A stretch of DNA of 64,000 nt from Acidobacteriota bacterium (GTDB taxonomy: Bacteria > Acidobacteriota > Vicinamibacteria > Vicinamibacterales > UBA8438). Positions within the stretch are counted from its first letter, which is position 1, and each line of letters starts with the position of its first letter. The translations under genes and the position numbers were made by a program. The notes beneath the pieces were generated by a model. It made no database searches, had not been told where the DNA came from, and saw only the letters and a program-made list of their open reading frames with translations. Where the stretch lies: assembly GCA_009838525.1 (NCBI GenBank), contig VXRJ01000035.1:7462-71461 (forward strand), given 5' to 3'. Positions 34,941 to 43,616 of this stretch are shown in pieces.

Positions 34941-35702
34941 TCACGTTCTACGTTGGCGCGTCTTGTCGTACGGCACATTCAGGTAAATGACCTTCTCGAA
35001 GTTGCCGTCCCGGTCGAACTTCTGAATCCGCCGGTTAGTACGGTCCGCCACGTACACGTAGCCCTCGCGGTCGACTCCCATGTTGTGGGGCAGGTTGAAC
35101 TGACCGGGATCACTGCCGTAGGTGCCCCAGGACTTGATCCAGTTGCCGTGCTTGTCGAACTTCGCGACGCGCGAGTTGACGTAGCCGTCGCTGACGAATA
35201 TGTTGTCGTCCTGATCCCACCCGACGTCGGTCGGTCCGTTGAAGTAGCCGTCGACATGCCGCGCTTCCTGCTGCGTAATGTGTTCGTGCGGCTCGTATCC
35301 TTCCGGCCGCCGACCCAGATTCAGGGTGACGTACCCGGCGGGATTGAACTTCGTGACCGCATTGGTTCCCTTGTCGACAATCCATAGGTTGTCGTACTTG
35401 TCGTACCGTGCGGAGTGCGAATAGCCGAGCCCGTACACTCCCTGGCCCAGTTCGCGGACGAAGTGCCCGTCGTCGTCGAATTCGAGCACCTGGGTTGTCG
35501 CGTTGCCATAGAGCGGGCCGCTCTTCGCGGTACCCGGGTGGTTGAGCACCAGCAAATGCCCTTTTGAGTTCTCGGCGACGGCAAGCACTTCGCCGAGATT
35601 CACCTCGGGCGAGTACCTCAGGTAGTCCGGCACCGAGACAAACGGGATCTCTGGAGCGTTGCTGTTGTCGATCTGCTGCGCCCATACTGGCGCGAGCGCC
35701 AA
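34941..35702 (-). CDS. NHL-repeat beta-propeller protein (PAL-like); start codon unresolved
   Basis: NHL repeats (YVADRTNRRIQKFDRDGNF). A signal-peptide-like hydrophobic stretch continues upstream of the TTG to an in-frame TAA with no ATG/GTG. Confidence 0.6.
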   Translation of the reverse strand: MALAPVWAQQIDNSNAPEIPFVSVPDYLRYSPEVNLGEVLAVAENSKGHLLVLNHPGTAKSGPLYGNATTQVLEFDDDGHFVRELGQGVYGLGYSHSARYDKYDNLWIVDKGTNAVTKFNPAGYVTLNLGRRPEGYEPHEHITQQEARHVDGYFNGPTDVGWDQDDNIFVSDGYVNSRVAKFDKHGNWIKSWGTYGSDPGQFNLPHNMGVDREGYVYVADRTNRRIQKFDRDGNFEKVIYLNVPYDKTRQRRT

Positions 35703-35781
35703 ACCGACGGCGAGGGCGGCGGCGATGATCAGGCGTTAGCGGTGGGTGATCCGGTGTCTTGGATAGCCGCTGACGAAGTGC

Positions 35782-35869
35782 TGGTGCCGGAGGTGGGACT
35801 CGAACCCACACGGAGAGTGAACCCCACCGGATTTTGAGTCCGGCGCGTCTGCCATTTCGCCACTCCGGC
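35782..35869 (-). tRNA. tRNA-Leu (anticodon CAA), class II long variable arm, CCA encoded
   Basis: GCCGGAG acceptor stem pairs with CTCCGGC. Anticodon loop CUCAAAA. GGTTCGAGTCC T-arm. 88 nt including CCA. Confidence 0.93.
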
Positions 35870-35968
35870 AATGTGAGGGCAAGGTCGCGGCCCGAGGAGC
35901 AACGCTGCGCAGGCGGCGTGAACCGCCGCTCGAATGTAGCAGGGATTGCATCGACCGGCTCCTGGGCG

Positions 35969-36556
35969 CTATGGGCGAATTGTACCGTCGTGGCGCCAGA
36001 GATAGAGAGTGCGAGTACTGCCGCGCTCGTCCTCGAAACGGTCTATTTCGTCGGCTTCCCAGTCGCCCATGCTGAAGGCGTGCGAGACGATCCGGGCGCC
36101 GGCCGGAAGCTGGCGCGTAAGGACCGGACGCAGTTTCGCGTTCGACGAGGAGAGCAGATACAAGGTAACGACCGTTGCCTCGGAAACATCCGCTTCCATG
36201 ACGTCCATCTCGATGAACTCGACCAGGTGCTGGACGCCGGCCCGCTCGGCGTTCGCGTTCGATTCCGCGATCCGCTGCGGGTCGATGTCGATGCCGACAC
36301 CGCGGGCGCCGAACTGCTGAGCGGCAGCGATAACGATGCGGCCGTCGCCGCTGCCCAGGTCGTACACCACATCGTTCGCAGTCACCTCCGCTAGCGCCAA
36401 CATACGGTCGACCACGTCGTCCGGCGTCGGTACGAAGGGTGCAAGACTCCGGTTGCCCTGGGTCTGCGCCGCGGCGCCGGGGGGCAGCGACGTCGACGCA
36501 ATGGACAGCAGCAACACTGCCGCCACAGTGACGGTCCGTACGTGCGGTCCCTTCAT
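35969..36556 (-). CDS. Class I SAM-dependent methyltransferase with N-terminal signal/anchor sequence
   Basis: VVYDLGSGDGRIVIAAA motif I. N-terminus is MKGPHVRTVTVAAVLLLSIASTSLPPGAAAQ. Confidence 0.8.
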   Translation of the reverse strand: MKGPHVRTVTVAAVLLLSIASTSLPPGAAAQTQGNRSLAPFVPTPDDVVDRMLALAEVTANDVVYDLGSGDGRIVIAAAQQFGARGVGIDIDPQRIAESNANAERAGVQHLVEFIEMDVMEADVSEATVVTLYLLSSSNAKLRPVLTRQLPAGARIVSHAFSMGDWEADEIDRFEDERGSTRTLYLWRHDGTIRP

Positions 36557-36562
36557 CGCCCT

Positions 36563-36568
36563 ACTCTA
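36563..36568 (-). promoter_or_regulatory. -10-like box TAGAGT, 6 nt upstream of ATG 36556
   Basis: Minus strand reads TAGAGT-agggcg-ATG. Confidence 0.5.
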
Positions 36569-36690
36569 CAACAGCCGTTGCCGGTCCGCACCGGGAATCG
36601 GGATGGTGCGGCCCCGCCCTCCCCAGCCGGGCGTGTTCGCGCTCCAGAGCCCCGGCAGGCCGAATCCGGCGCGCCGGGCCGGTGATGGGC

Positions 36691-36696
36691 TATAAT
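36691..36696 (+). promoter_or_regulatory. -10 box TATAAT upstream of carD (leadered, ~60 nt 5' UTR)
   Basis: gggcTATAATacg. No clear -35 seen. Confidence 0.4.
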
Positions 36697-36759
36697 ACGA
36701 AGGCTGTTTGGCCGATCGAACGCCCGTCAGTCGCCGTAAACTCTTGAGCTTGGGGGACT

Positions 36760-37467
36760 TTGGTGCCATTTAAGGTTGGAGACAAGGTCATCTACCCTAA
36801 CCAGGGCATAGGCGTGATTGAACGGATTGAGACCCGAACGATCATGGGAACCACCTGCGGTTTCTACTCCCTCCGGATGACGTCCAGCGAGACGACCGTG
36901 ATGGTTCCGGTAGACAACGTAGATGACGTCGGTCTGCGGCGGGCGATCGGCGACCACGAAGTGCGTCGTCTGTTTACGCTTTTGGGCAACGGCCGCATCG
37001 AGAACCACCAGAACTGGAAGGGCCGCTTCAAGGAGAACTCCAACAAGATGAGGACGGGTTCGCTCTACGACGTGGTTGAGGTTCTGAAGAGTCTCAACCA
37101 TCTGAGCCAGTCGAAGAACCTTTCCTTCCGCGAGAAGCGGATGCTTGACCGGGCGAAGTTCCTGGTTGTTACCGAATTGTCGGAGGTCCTGAGCGAGCCG
37201 GGCGAGGCGATGGAGAAGCGTGTCAACAAAGCGCTCGAGCGATGCGTCGCCAACTGGAAGCGCCTTGTTGACGACCCCGCCGCCACCGCGACTGCCGCGG
37301 CGGACGCGCACGAAGAGCAGGCGATCGCGCCGGCGGAGACGGTCGTCAAGAAGAAGCCGGCCAAGGCGACCTTCTCGGGTGACGCCGCCGCTCCGTCGAC
37401 ATCCAAGAACGTGGGGACGCCCGCCGCGGCAAAGGATCCACCCGGGCGGGCGGTTCGCGCATCCTAA
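36760..37467 (+). CDS. carD: CarD/CdnL-family RNAP-binding regulator with ~70 aa acidic then Lys/Ala/Pro-rich C-terminal tail
   Basis: FKVGDKVIYPNQGIGVIERIE Tudor-like N-terminus and a CdnL C-terminal domain. The tail is ...VVKKKPAKATFSGDAAAPSTSK... Start is TTG 36760 or GTG 36763. Confidence 0.88.
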   Translation: MVPFKVGDKVIYPNQGIGVIERIETRTIMGTTCGFYSLRMTSSETTVMVPVDNVDDVGLRRAIGDHEVRRLFTLLGNGRIENHQNWKGRFKENSNKMRTGSLYDVVEVLKSLNHLSQSKNLSFREKRMLDRAKFLVVTELSEVLSEPGEAMEKRVNKALERCVANWKRLVDDPAATATAAADAHEEQAIAPAETVVKKKPAKATFSGDAAAPSTSKNVGTPAAAKDPPGRAVRAS

Positions 37468-37510
37468 GGCCGGGCGCCCACATTCTGCGCTTGGCGACGG
37501 TTTCGCGCCG

Positions 37511-38260
37511 GTGGCGGAGTCCTTTCGGACAGCGGTCGCGACGGCTCGCTCACTTGCCGCGTTCGCAGGCGTCAGTCTCTGGGTCTTCGTGTTCGCTCCG
37601 GTAGGCGTCGTTCTGGCGCTGCTCTTCCGCTGGACGAACGTCCTCTACATTCTCGGCCGGGGTGGCGTGCGGCTTGGCTTGGCCGCCGCCGGCTTACGGG
37701 TCGAGGTGGAGGGCGCCGAACACGTTCGGCCGGAACGCGGCACGGTGTACTGCGCCAATCACAGCAGCAACCTGGAGCCGCCGGTCATTTATCTGGCGCT
37801 TGCCGCCGTGCACCCGAGGCTGAAGATCCTCTACAAGGCGGAACTGCGGCGCGCCATCCCGCTGCTTCGAACCGGGTTCGATGTCGCCGGATTCGTCCCG
37901 ATTCAGCGCAGCGACGTGGGGCAGAGCGGGCGCGCGATCGAGCGCGCCACGGCGGCGCTCACGTCAGGTGACTCGTTCATGATCTTCCCGGAGGGAACGC
38001 GAAGCCGGACGGGGGAGTTGCTGCCCTTCAAGCCGGGCGGGTTCGTGATGGCGATGAAGGGGGGCGCGCCGGTTGTTCCGATCGCCATCACTGGCGCCGC
38101 CCGCGCGATGCGAAAGGGGAGTCCCCTGATTCGCCCCGTCACCATTCGAGTGAAGATAGGGCGGCCGGTCGGGACGGACGGCGAGGGACCCGCGGCCCGC
38201 CGCGCGCTCATCAGACAGACGCGTGAGTCCATCGAGACGATGCTGAAGACCCTGCGCTAG
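37511..38260 (+). CDS. plsC: 1-acyl-sn-glycerol-3-phosphate acyltransferase
   Basis: NHSSNLE (HX4D variant) and FPEGTRS motifs. GTG 37511 is the only in-frame start after the carD stop. Confidence 0.78.
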   Translation: MAESFRTAVATARSLAAFAGVSLWVFVFAPVGVVLALLFRWTNVLYILGRGGVRLGLAAAGLRVEVEGAEHVRPERGTVYCANHSSNLEPPVIYLALAAVHPRLKILYKAELRRAIPLLRTGFDVAGFVPIQRSDVGQSGRAIERATAALTSGDSFMIFPEGTRSRTGELLPFKPGGFVMAMKGGAPVVPIAITGAARAMRKGSPLIRPVTIRVKIGRPVGTDGEGPAARRALIRQTRESIETMLKTLR

Positions 38261-38283
38261 GACGCGAGGTTCAGCACGCGTCG

Positions 38284-39357
38284 TCAGGGCCGTGGAGCGC
38301 GTTGCCGGTACAGGGCTTCCAGCCTTCGAACGAGTACACTGCCTTCGAACCCGCGCGGGGGATCGACTCTACGACCGGACCCGATGCGAAGGGCTTCGGC
38401 CAGCCCATCGACATCGCCCCAGGGCACGAGCAGTTCGCCTCCAGGGTGCCACTCCCGCACGCCGCCGCTGTCCCAGGCGGCTACCGGCGTGCCCAGCGTC
38501 AGGGCCTCGATCCCGGCCATGCCGAACGGCTCCTGCCAGCGCGAGGGCATAATGAGTACGGCGGCGCGCCGGTAGGCCGCGGAGAGACGCCCGCGGTCGA
38601 GCCAGCCCAGCACGTCGACGCCCTCAGCTTCGATCTCGCGGCGCAACGGGCCGGTGCCTGCCACGACGAACGACAGGCCGGAGCCCGAGCGGCGCCAGGC
38701 GTCGATCGCCTCGCGGATGCCTTTGGCTTCGACCACCCGTCCCGCGAAGAGGACGCAGGGTGGACCGTCGGCTGCCGCGTCGGGGTCGAGGCCGTAGGGG
38801 AACGGGGGCACGACCGCGATTCGGTCTGCCGGGATCCCCACCTGCATCAACTCGCGCTTCATGTAGGAAGACAGCACGGTCAGCCGCAGGCGCCGCACCG
38901 ATTCCAGTCGTTGCGCGGTGAGCTCGATGGTGCCCTCGAAGTAGCCGGGGTCGTTGAAGCACCCGGCGCATACGTCACGTCCCATTGCGTCGCCGCAGAC
39001 CCGGCCGTCCGCCGTCCACTTGCCCCGGCCCGGACAGAAGAAGCGGTGGTCCTGGACCGTCATCACGGCATCCACGCCGACCGCCCACTCCAACACCGCC
39101 GGATTGACCACGTTGTGCACGTGCACCATGTCCGGGCGCAATCGGGCCATCAGGGGATCGAGATCCGCGTCGGCGTGCGTCCTGGCATCCACGCGCGGCA
39201 CGACGGTGACCGGGCAGGACGGGCGAATGGCGCCATCGTCGCGGCCGACCGCCAGGTGCTGCTCGTGGCCGCCCGACAAGGCGTCCAGGAGCCCGAGCAG
39301 AGCCCAGTCGGCGCCCCCTCGATCGCTGAGGCGATCCGCGACGTGGAGAATCCGCAC
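38284..39357 (-). CDS. GT4-family glycosyltransferase
   Basis: MRILHVADRLSDRGG N-terminus and an EPFGMAGIEAL C-terminal motif. Confidence 0.85.
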   Translation of the reverse strand: MRILHVADRLSDRGGADWALLGLLDALSGGHEQHLAVGRDDGAIRPSCPVTVVPRVDARTHADADLDPLMARLRPDMVHVHNVVNPAVLEWAVGVDAVMTVQDHRFFCPGRGKWTADGRVCGDAMGRDVCAGCFNDPGYFEGTIELTAQRLESVRRLRLTVLSSYMKRELMQVGIPADRIAVVPPFPYGLDPDAAADGPPCVLFAGRVVEAKGIREAIDAWRRSGSGLSFVVAGTGPLRREIEAEGVDVLGWLDRGRLSAAYRRAAVLIMPSRWQEPFGMAGIEALTLGTPVAAWDSGGVREWHPGGELLVPWGDVDGLAEALRIGSGRRVDPPRGFEGSVLVRRLEALYRQRAPRP

Positions 39358-39366
39358 GACGGGCTG

Positions 39367-40491
39367 CTAGCCGCCGACGAAGAAGGTGATGGTCCAGGGC
39401 GGGAGGGGTGTGCCGTCGTTGGCGCTGATGCCGTCGAGCAATTCGACCGTCACGCTCTGGAAGCGCTCGAGTTCCTGTTCGAAGCGGACCTCGAGTACGC
39501 GGTTCCGTCCGCGATAGCCAATCGTCACGGGAATCTCGGCCCCTTCGGTGGCGGCGCCCTGTCCGTAGCGTGCGCGGACCTTCCCTTCGAACGACTCGGC
39601 GTCCATGTCGCGCGAGAACTGCACGCGAACGTTACCGTCCGGCGGCACGTCGATATCGTTCGCCAGGGGTGCGGTGAAGATGACTTCCGGTGGCGGCAGC
39701 CGCGTTGCGGCGCTGGCCGTCGTCGTCGTATCGGCGGGCCGGTCCGCGCCCGGCTCCGCCAAGGTCAGCCTGCCGGCGTCGACCAGGACCATGCCGTCCT
39801 CGATCCGGACCGATCCGGTCACTTCGAGCCACCGCCCGGTGTCCCGACGCGCCAGGATGTCCAGTTCGAAATCGTCCCCCTTCGGTTCCATGCCGACGAC
39901 CCAGATAGCGGCGTCGGCGGAGCGCAGCACGAAGTCCCAGCGGCTCTCGTCGGGCGCTTCCGGCATGTCGCCGTAGAGATTGCGTCCGCGGAACCGGCCG
40001 ATGACCGTCACACCGTCGTTTTCGTAGCGGACCGGGTCGAGCACGATGCTTCGAAGCGTCGTCGCCGTCGCTGCCTCCGCGGGTCGCGACTCGGTGGCGA
40101 TCAGGATCGGCAATTCCCCTCTCGTTGGCCAGGGCCGTTGGAGCAGTTCGTCCGAGATACGGCGGATCGGCAATCCCGCGAGCCGCTGATCCGTCTCGTC
40201 CAGACGTCCGACATCGAAAAACGTGCCGACCACTTCGAGCGGCTCGCGCACGCCGGCCGGCGGTGGCGGCACGTCAAGCGCGAGGATGCGCACGCTGTCG
40301 TCCTCGCTTACCAGCCAGGTGAGCACCTGGTCGGCCACCGCTTCGGCGACGAGCACGACTTCCTGGCCGTGGAAGAAGAAAGGATGCTGGTTTATGGCGT
40401 CGAGCGTCGCCGCCCGGCGGGAGGTCTGGGCCGCGACGGGCGGCGCTGCCAGAAGCGCGACGATCGCCAGGCCGATCCTCAGACCCTTCAT
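39367..40491 (-). CDS. Exported protein with C-terminal Ig-like (SbsA-type) domain, function unknown
   Basis: Signal peptide MKGLRIGLAIVALLAAPPVAAQ at ATG 40491. A segment (DVPPDGNVRVQFSRDMDAESF) is typical of Ig-like surface domains. Confidence 0.6.
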   Translation of the reverse strand: MKGLRIGLAIVALLAAPPVAAQTSRRAATLDAINQHPFFFHGQEVVLVAEAVADQVLTWLVSEDDSVRILALDVPPPPAGVREPLEVVGTFFDVGRLDETDQRLAGLPIRRISDELLQRPWPTRGELPILIATESRPAEAATATTLRSIVLDPVRYENDGVTVIGRFRGRNLYGDMPEAPDESRWDFVLRSADAAIWVVGMEPKGDDFELDILARRDTGRWLEVTGSVRIEDGMVLVDAGRLTLAEPGADRPADTTTTASAATRLPPPEVIFTAPLANDIDVPPDGNVRVQFSRDMDAESFEGKVRARYGQGAATEGAEIPVTIGYRGRNRVLEVRFEQELERFQSVTVELLDGISANDGTPLPPWTITFFVGG

Positions 40492-40550
40492 TGCTGCATC
40501 GTATACCGTTCCCGCCGCTATGCTCCCGCGTCGCGCCTTGTCAGCCGGCT

Positions 40551-40598
40551 GCCTCGCGGCTCTCGGTGTCACGCGGGGTTTTCACCCACGGGCTGCTA
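40551..40598 (-). repeat. Intergenic repeat R2, copy e
   Basis: Minus strand reads TAGCAGCCCGTGGGTGAAAACCCCGCGTGACACCGAGAGCCGCGAGGC. The TAG is the fadD-like stop. Confidence 0.8.
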
Positions 40599-42410
40599 GC
40601 CGGCGTACAGGCGTTCGATGGTGTCCGCCCACCGGTCGCAGACGACGTTCCGCTTCACCTTCATGGTCGGTGTCAACTCGCCCGTCGCAATGGCGAACTC
40701 GGCCGGAAGGAGGGCGAAGCGCTTCACCTGTTCGTGTGGCGCCAACTCCGCGTTGGCATCTTCCACGATAGCGTCGAACAGCCGCACCACGTCCGGCCGT
40801 TCCACGAGCGCCTCGCGTGACGCGTCGTCCCCCGGCGTCCGAGCGGCGAGAGCGGGAAAGTCGGGAATCAGCAGCGCGGTGCAGTACGGCCGGCGGTCGC
40901 CAATCAACACTGCCTCCGCGACGAGCGGCGAACGCTTCAGGGTTGCCTCGATCGGCGCGGGCGAGATGTTCTTGCCTCCCGCGGTGACTATCAACTCCTT
41001 CTTGCGGCCGGTGATGGTGAGGTACCCGTCACCGTCCAGGCTGCCGAGGTCGCCCGTGTGGAACCAGCCCTCGCGTATAACTTCGTCCGTCGCCTCCTGC
41101 TTGTGGTAATAGCCCTGCATCACGTTCGGGCCCCGCACCAGGATTTCGCCGTCCTCGGCAATCCGAATCTCCACGTTGGGGATGGCGGGACCGACCGTGC
41201 CGAGCTTGGGTTTCTCGAGCGGGTTGACGCTGACCGTAGGCGACGTCTCGGTCAGCCCGTAGCCCTCGAGCACCGGGGCGCCGATGGCGAAGAGGAACTC
41301 CGCCACCGGCACCGTCAGGGGCGCGGCGCCGGACACCAGGATCCGGATCCGGCCGCCGAGTCGCGCCCGGATCTTCGACAGGACCAACCGATCGGCGAGC
41401 GGGTACTGGAGCGCGGCGCCAAGCGGGACCGACTGCCCGGCCAGTTGCGCGCGGGCTCGCGCCGTGCCGACGCCGACCGCCCAGTGGAACAGCTTCTTCC
41501 GGATCGCGGGCGCGCTCTCGACCGCTTCGAAGATCCGCGCGTGCAGCTTCTCGTAGACCCGCGGCACGCCGGTCATCACAGTCGGCCGGACCAACTGCAT
41601 GTTCGGAGCGATGGTGTCGAGCGACTCGGCAAACGTAACCGTCACTCCCCTCCAGAGGTTGAGGTAGTTGACGAGCCGTTCGAACGCGTGGCTCAGCGGG
41701 AGAAAGGAGAGGGTAATGTCCTCTTCGTTCAGGACGACGACGCCAGCCGAATCAACCATGTTGCTCGCGACGTTCCGATGCGTGAGCATGACCCCCTTCG
41801 GTTCGCCGGTGGTTCCTGACGTGTAGATGATGGTTGCCAACTGATCCGGCTCGATGGCGAGCGCCGTTTCCTTGTAGCGGAGTCCGACGCCGTCGCCGGT
41901 TATCAGGTACTGGTGGCCCCGCACCGCCAGTTCCTCCAGGCTCAGTGTCACCCGCCCGGTCCCGCCGTCGCCGCTTGTCTCTCCGGCTGGCGGGTCCATT
42001 ACGACGAGCGTGCGCAGACTGGGAAGATCGTCCCAAACGGCGCGTACCTTCGCCGCCTGTTCTTCGTTCGCCGCCACGATGACCGACGCGTTCGAATCGG
42101 CCAGGATGTAGCGGACCTGGGAAGGGGGCAGGGTCGGATAGATCGGTACGGTGACGCCTCCCGCCGTCAGGATGGCGAGGTCGGCGATCATCCACTCGGG
42201 CCGGCTGTCGGACAGGATCGCGACCCGGTCGCCGGCCTCTACCCCGAGCGTGCTCAGGCCGAGGCTCTGATCCCGTACCTGGTCGAAGAACTCCTGCGTC
42301 GAGAACATTCTTGTCGAGTCGCCCCGGCACTGGCCGATCAGGGCATCCTTCGGATGGCGTCCGTGAACATAGAAGGGCAACTCGGCAATCGTGCGGATTG
42401 CATCATCCAT
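40596..42410 (-). CDS. fadD: Long-chain fatty acid-CoA ligase (AMP-forming)
   Basis: YTSGTTGEPKGV AMP-binding motif; 604 aa. SD GGGGAG upstream. Confidence 0.9.
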   Translation of the reverse strand: MDDAIRTIAELPFYVHGRHPKDALIGQCRGDSTRMFSTQEFFDQVRDQSLGLSTLGVEAGDRVAILSDSRPEWMIADLAILTAGGVTVPIYPTLPPSQVRYILADSNASVIVAANEEQAAKVRAVWDDLPSLRTLVVMDPPAGETSGDGGTGRVTLSLEELAVRGHQYLITGDGVGLRYKETALAIEPDQLATIIYTSGTTGEPKGVMLTHRNVASNMVDSAGVVVLNEEDITLSFLPLSHAFERLVNYLNLWRGVTVTFAESLDTIAPNMQLVRPTVMTGVPRVYEKLHARIFEAVESAPAIRKKLFHWAVGVGTARARAQLAGQSVPLGAALQYPLADRLVLSKIRARLGGRIRILVSGAAPLTVPVAEFLFAIGAPVLEGYGLTETSPTVSVNPLEKPKLGTVGPAIPNVEIRIAEDGEILVRGPNVMQGYYHKQEATDEVIREGWFHTGDLGSLDGDGYLTITGRKKELIVTAGGKNISPAPIEATLKRSPLVAEAVLIGDRRPYCTALLIPDFPALAARTPGDDASREALVERPDVVRLFDAIVEDANAELAPHEQVKRFALLPAEFAIATGELTPTMKVKRNVVCDRWADTIERLYAG

Positions 42411-42430
42411 GGTTCTTACTCCCCGCGCCG

Positions 42431-42931
42431 CTAGGGCGCCTCAAAGTCCCCGGAGCGTCCCCCGCTTTTCCTGACGAGGCGGACGTTGCCGATCACCATC
42501 CGCTTGTCGACCGCCTTCAACATGTCGTAAAGGGTGAGCGCGGCGGCCGAGACGGCGGTCAGCGCCTCCATCTCGACGCCGGTCTGCGCCGTCGTCCGGA
42601 CGGTCGCCTCGATTCCGTAGCCGTCCGATTCCTCGATCAGCGCCACTTTCACCTGCGCGAGCGGCAACGGGTGGCAGAGCGGGATAAGGTCCGCCGTCTT
42701 CTTCGCGGCCATAATCCCCGCGAGGCGCGCCGCATTGAGCGGGTCTCCCTTGGCGACCCTTCCTTCGCGAATCGCCGCGAGCGCATCCGGGCCGATCGCG
42801 ACATGCCCGCGGGCCACCGCGACGCGGTCAGTCACCGGTTTGTCGCCCACGTCGACCATCTGGACGCGTCCCCGCTCGTCGACGTGACTGAGCCCCGGCG
42901 TCCGCCCCCGTCCAGCCGGATCAGCCATCAC
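42431..42931 (-). CDS. moaC: Cyclic pyranopterin monophosphate synthase MoaC
   Basis: Carries the [10 protein letters not shown] and GIEMEALTA motifs. Confidence 0.92.
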   Translation of the reverse strand: MMADPAGRGRTPGLSHVDERGRVQMVDVGDKPVTDRVAVARGHVAIGPDALAAIREGRVAKGDPLNAARLAGIMAAKKTADLIPLCHPLPLAQVKVALIEESDGYGIEATVRTTAQTGVEMEALTAVSAAALTLYDMLKAVDKRMVIGNVRLVRKSGGRSGDFEAP

Positions 42932-43584
42932 CCGACCGCCTCCGCGGGGGACGGCTCGTCGAGGCCCGCCAGGAAGAAGGACAGGCTCTCGAGCGAGACC
43001 GTCAGGTCGACGCTCTTGAGCTTCACGGTCTCCGGCACGCGCAGCGCGCCGGGGGAGAAATTCAGCACCGCGCGGATTCCCGCTTCCACCACCGTATTCA
43101 CCACCTGTTGGGCGGAGACCGCGGGAACCGCAATCACCGCGATGGTGATGGCTTCGTGCTTCGCCACCGCGGCGAGGTCTCGGATGTCATGGATTGGGAC
43201 ACCGCTTCGCGACGTGCGGCCCACCTTTTCCCGCAGGGTGTCGAATAGCGCGACAATCCGGAATCCCTCGCGCCGGAAGCCGGGATAGTCAGCCAGCGCA
43301 AGGCCCAGGTTTCCCGCTCCCATGATCGCCACCGCCAGTTTTCGATCAAGGCCGAGGATCGTGTGCAACTGCTGCCGCACATCCTTGACGATATAGCCGA
43401 CCCCCCGGACCCCCAGATCGCCGAAATGGGCCAGGTCCTTGCGGATCAGCGCCGCGTTGAATCCGAATTGCTCGGCCAGTCCCTTCGACGACACCGTCTT
43501 GACGCCCTGGGCGTCCAACTCGTTCAGGAATCGCAGATAGAGTGACAGCCGATTGGTCGTCAACTCCGAGATGTCTTCGCGCAT
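42928..43584 (-). CDS. rex: Redox-sensing transcriptional repressor Rex
   Basis: Winged helix (RLSLYLRFL...SSKGLAE) plus Rossmann GAGNLG. Start at ATG 43584. Confidence 0.9.
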   Translation of the reverse strand: MREDISELTTNRLSLYLRFLNELDAQGVKTVSSKGLAEQFGFNAALIRKDLAHFGDLGVRGVGYIVKDVRQQLHTILGLDRKLAVAIMGAGNLGLALADYPGFRREGFRIVALFDTLREKVGRTSRSGVPIHDIRDLAAVAKHEAITIAVIAVPAVSAQQVVNTVVEAGIRAVLNFSPGALRVPETVKLKSVDLTVSLESLSFFLAGLDEPSPAEAVG

Positions 43585-43616
43585 GGGGCGGCAGGATTCA
43601 CCACGAGTTCCTCGGC

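Noticed and set aside
34484-35869. A genomic islet integrated at tRNA-Leu(CAA), comprising the AT-hook-like gene and the NHL gene.
   Set aside because: There is no integrase, excisionase or other mobility gene. I could not find a convincing direct repeat of the tRNA 3' end; the best match near 34540-34560 is about 9 of 14 positions. The question is kept only as a check within the NHL finding.
35736-35951. The 71-aa ORF on the minus strand overlapping the tRNA-Leu gene.
   Set aside because: It is read straight through a structurally complete tRNA, and its product has no features of a real protein.
36557-36759. The 203-nt spacer between the methyltransferase and carD as a possible small RNA or riboswitch.
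   Set aside because: It contains only a TATAAT box and scattered short GC stems. I saw no recognisable riboswitch core, no terminator and no conserved repeat, so the evidence is insufficient to call an RNA gene.
43585-43616. A Rex operator upstream of rex, or elsewhere in the window.
   Set aside because: No TTGTGAA-n6-TTCACAA-like palindrome was found by eye in this spacer or in the fdn, nadE or fadD upstream regions.
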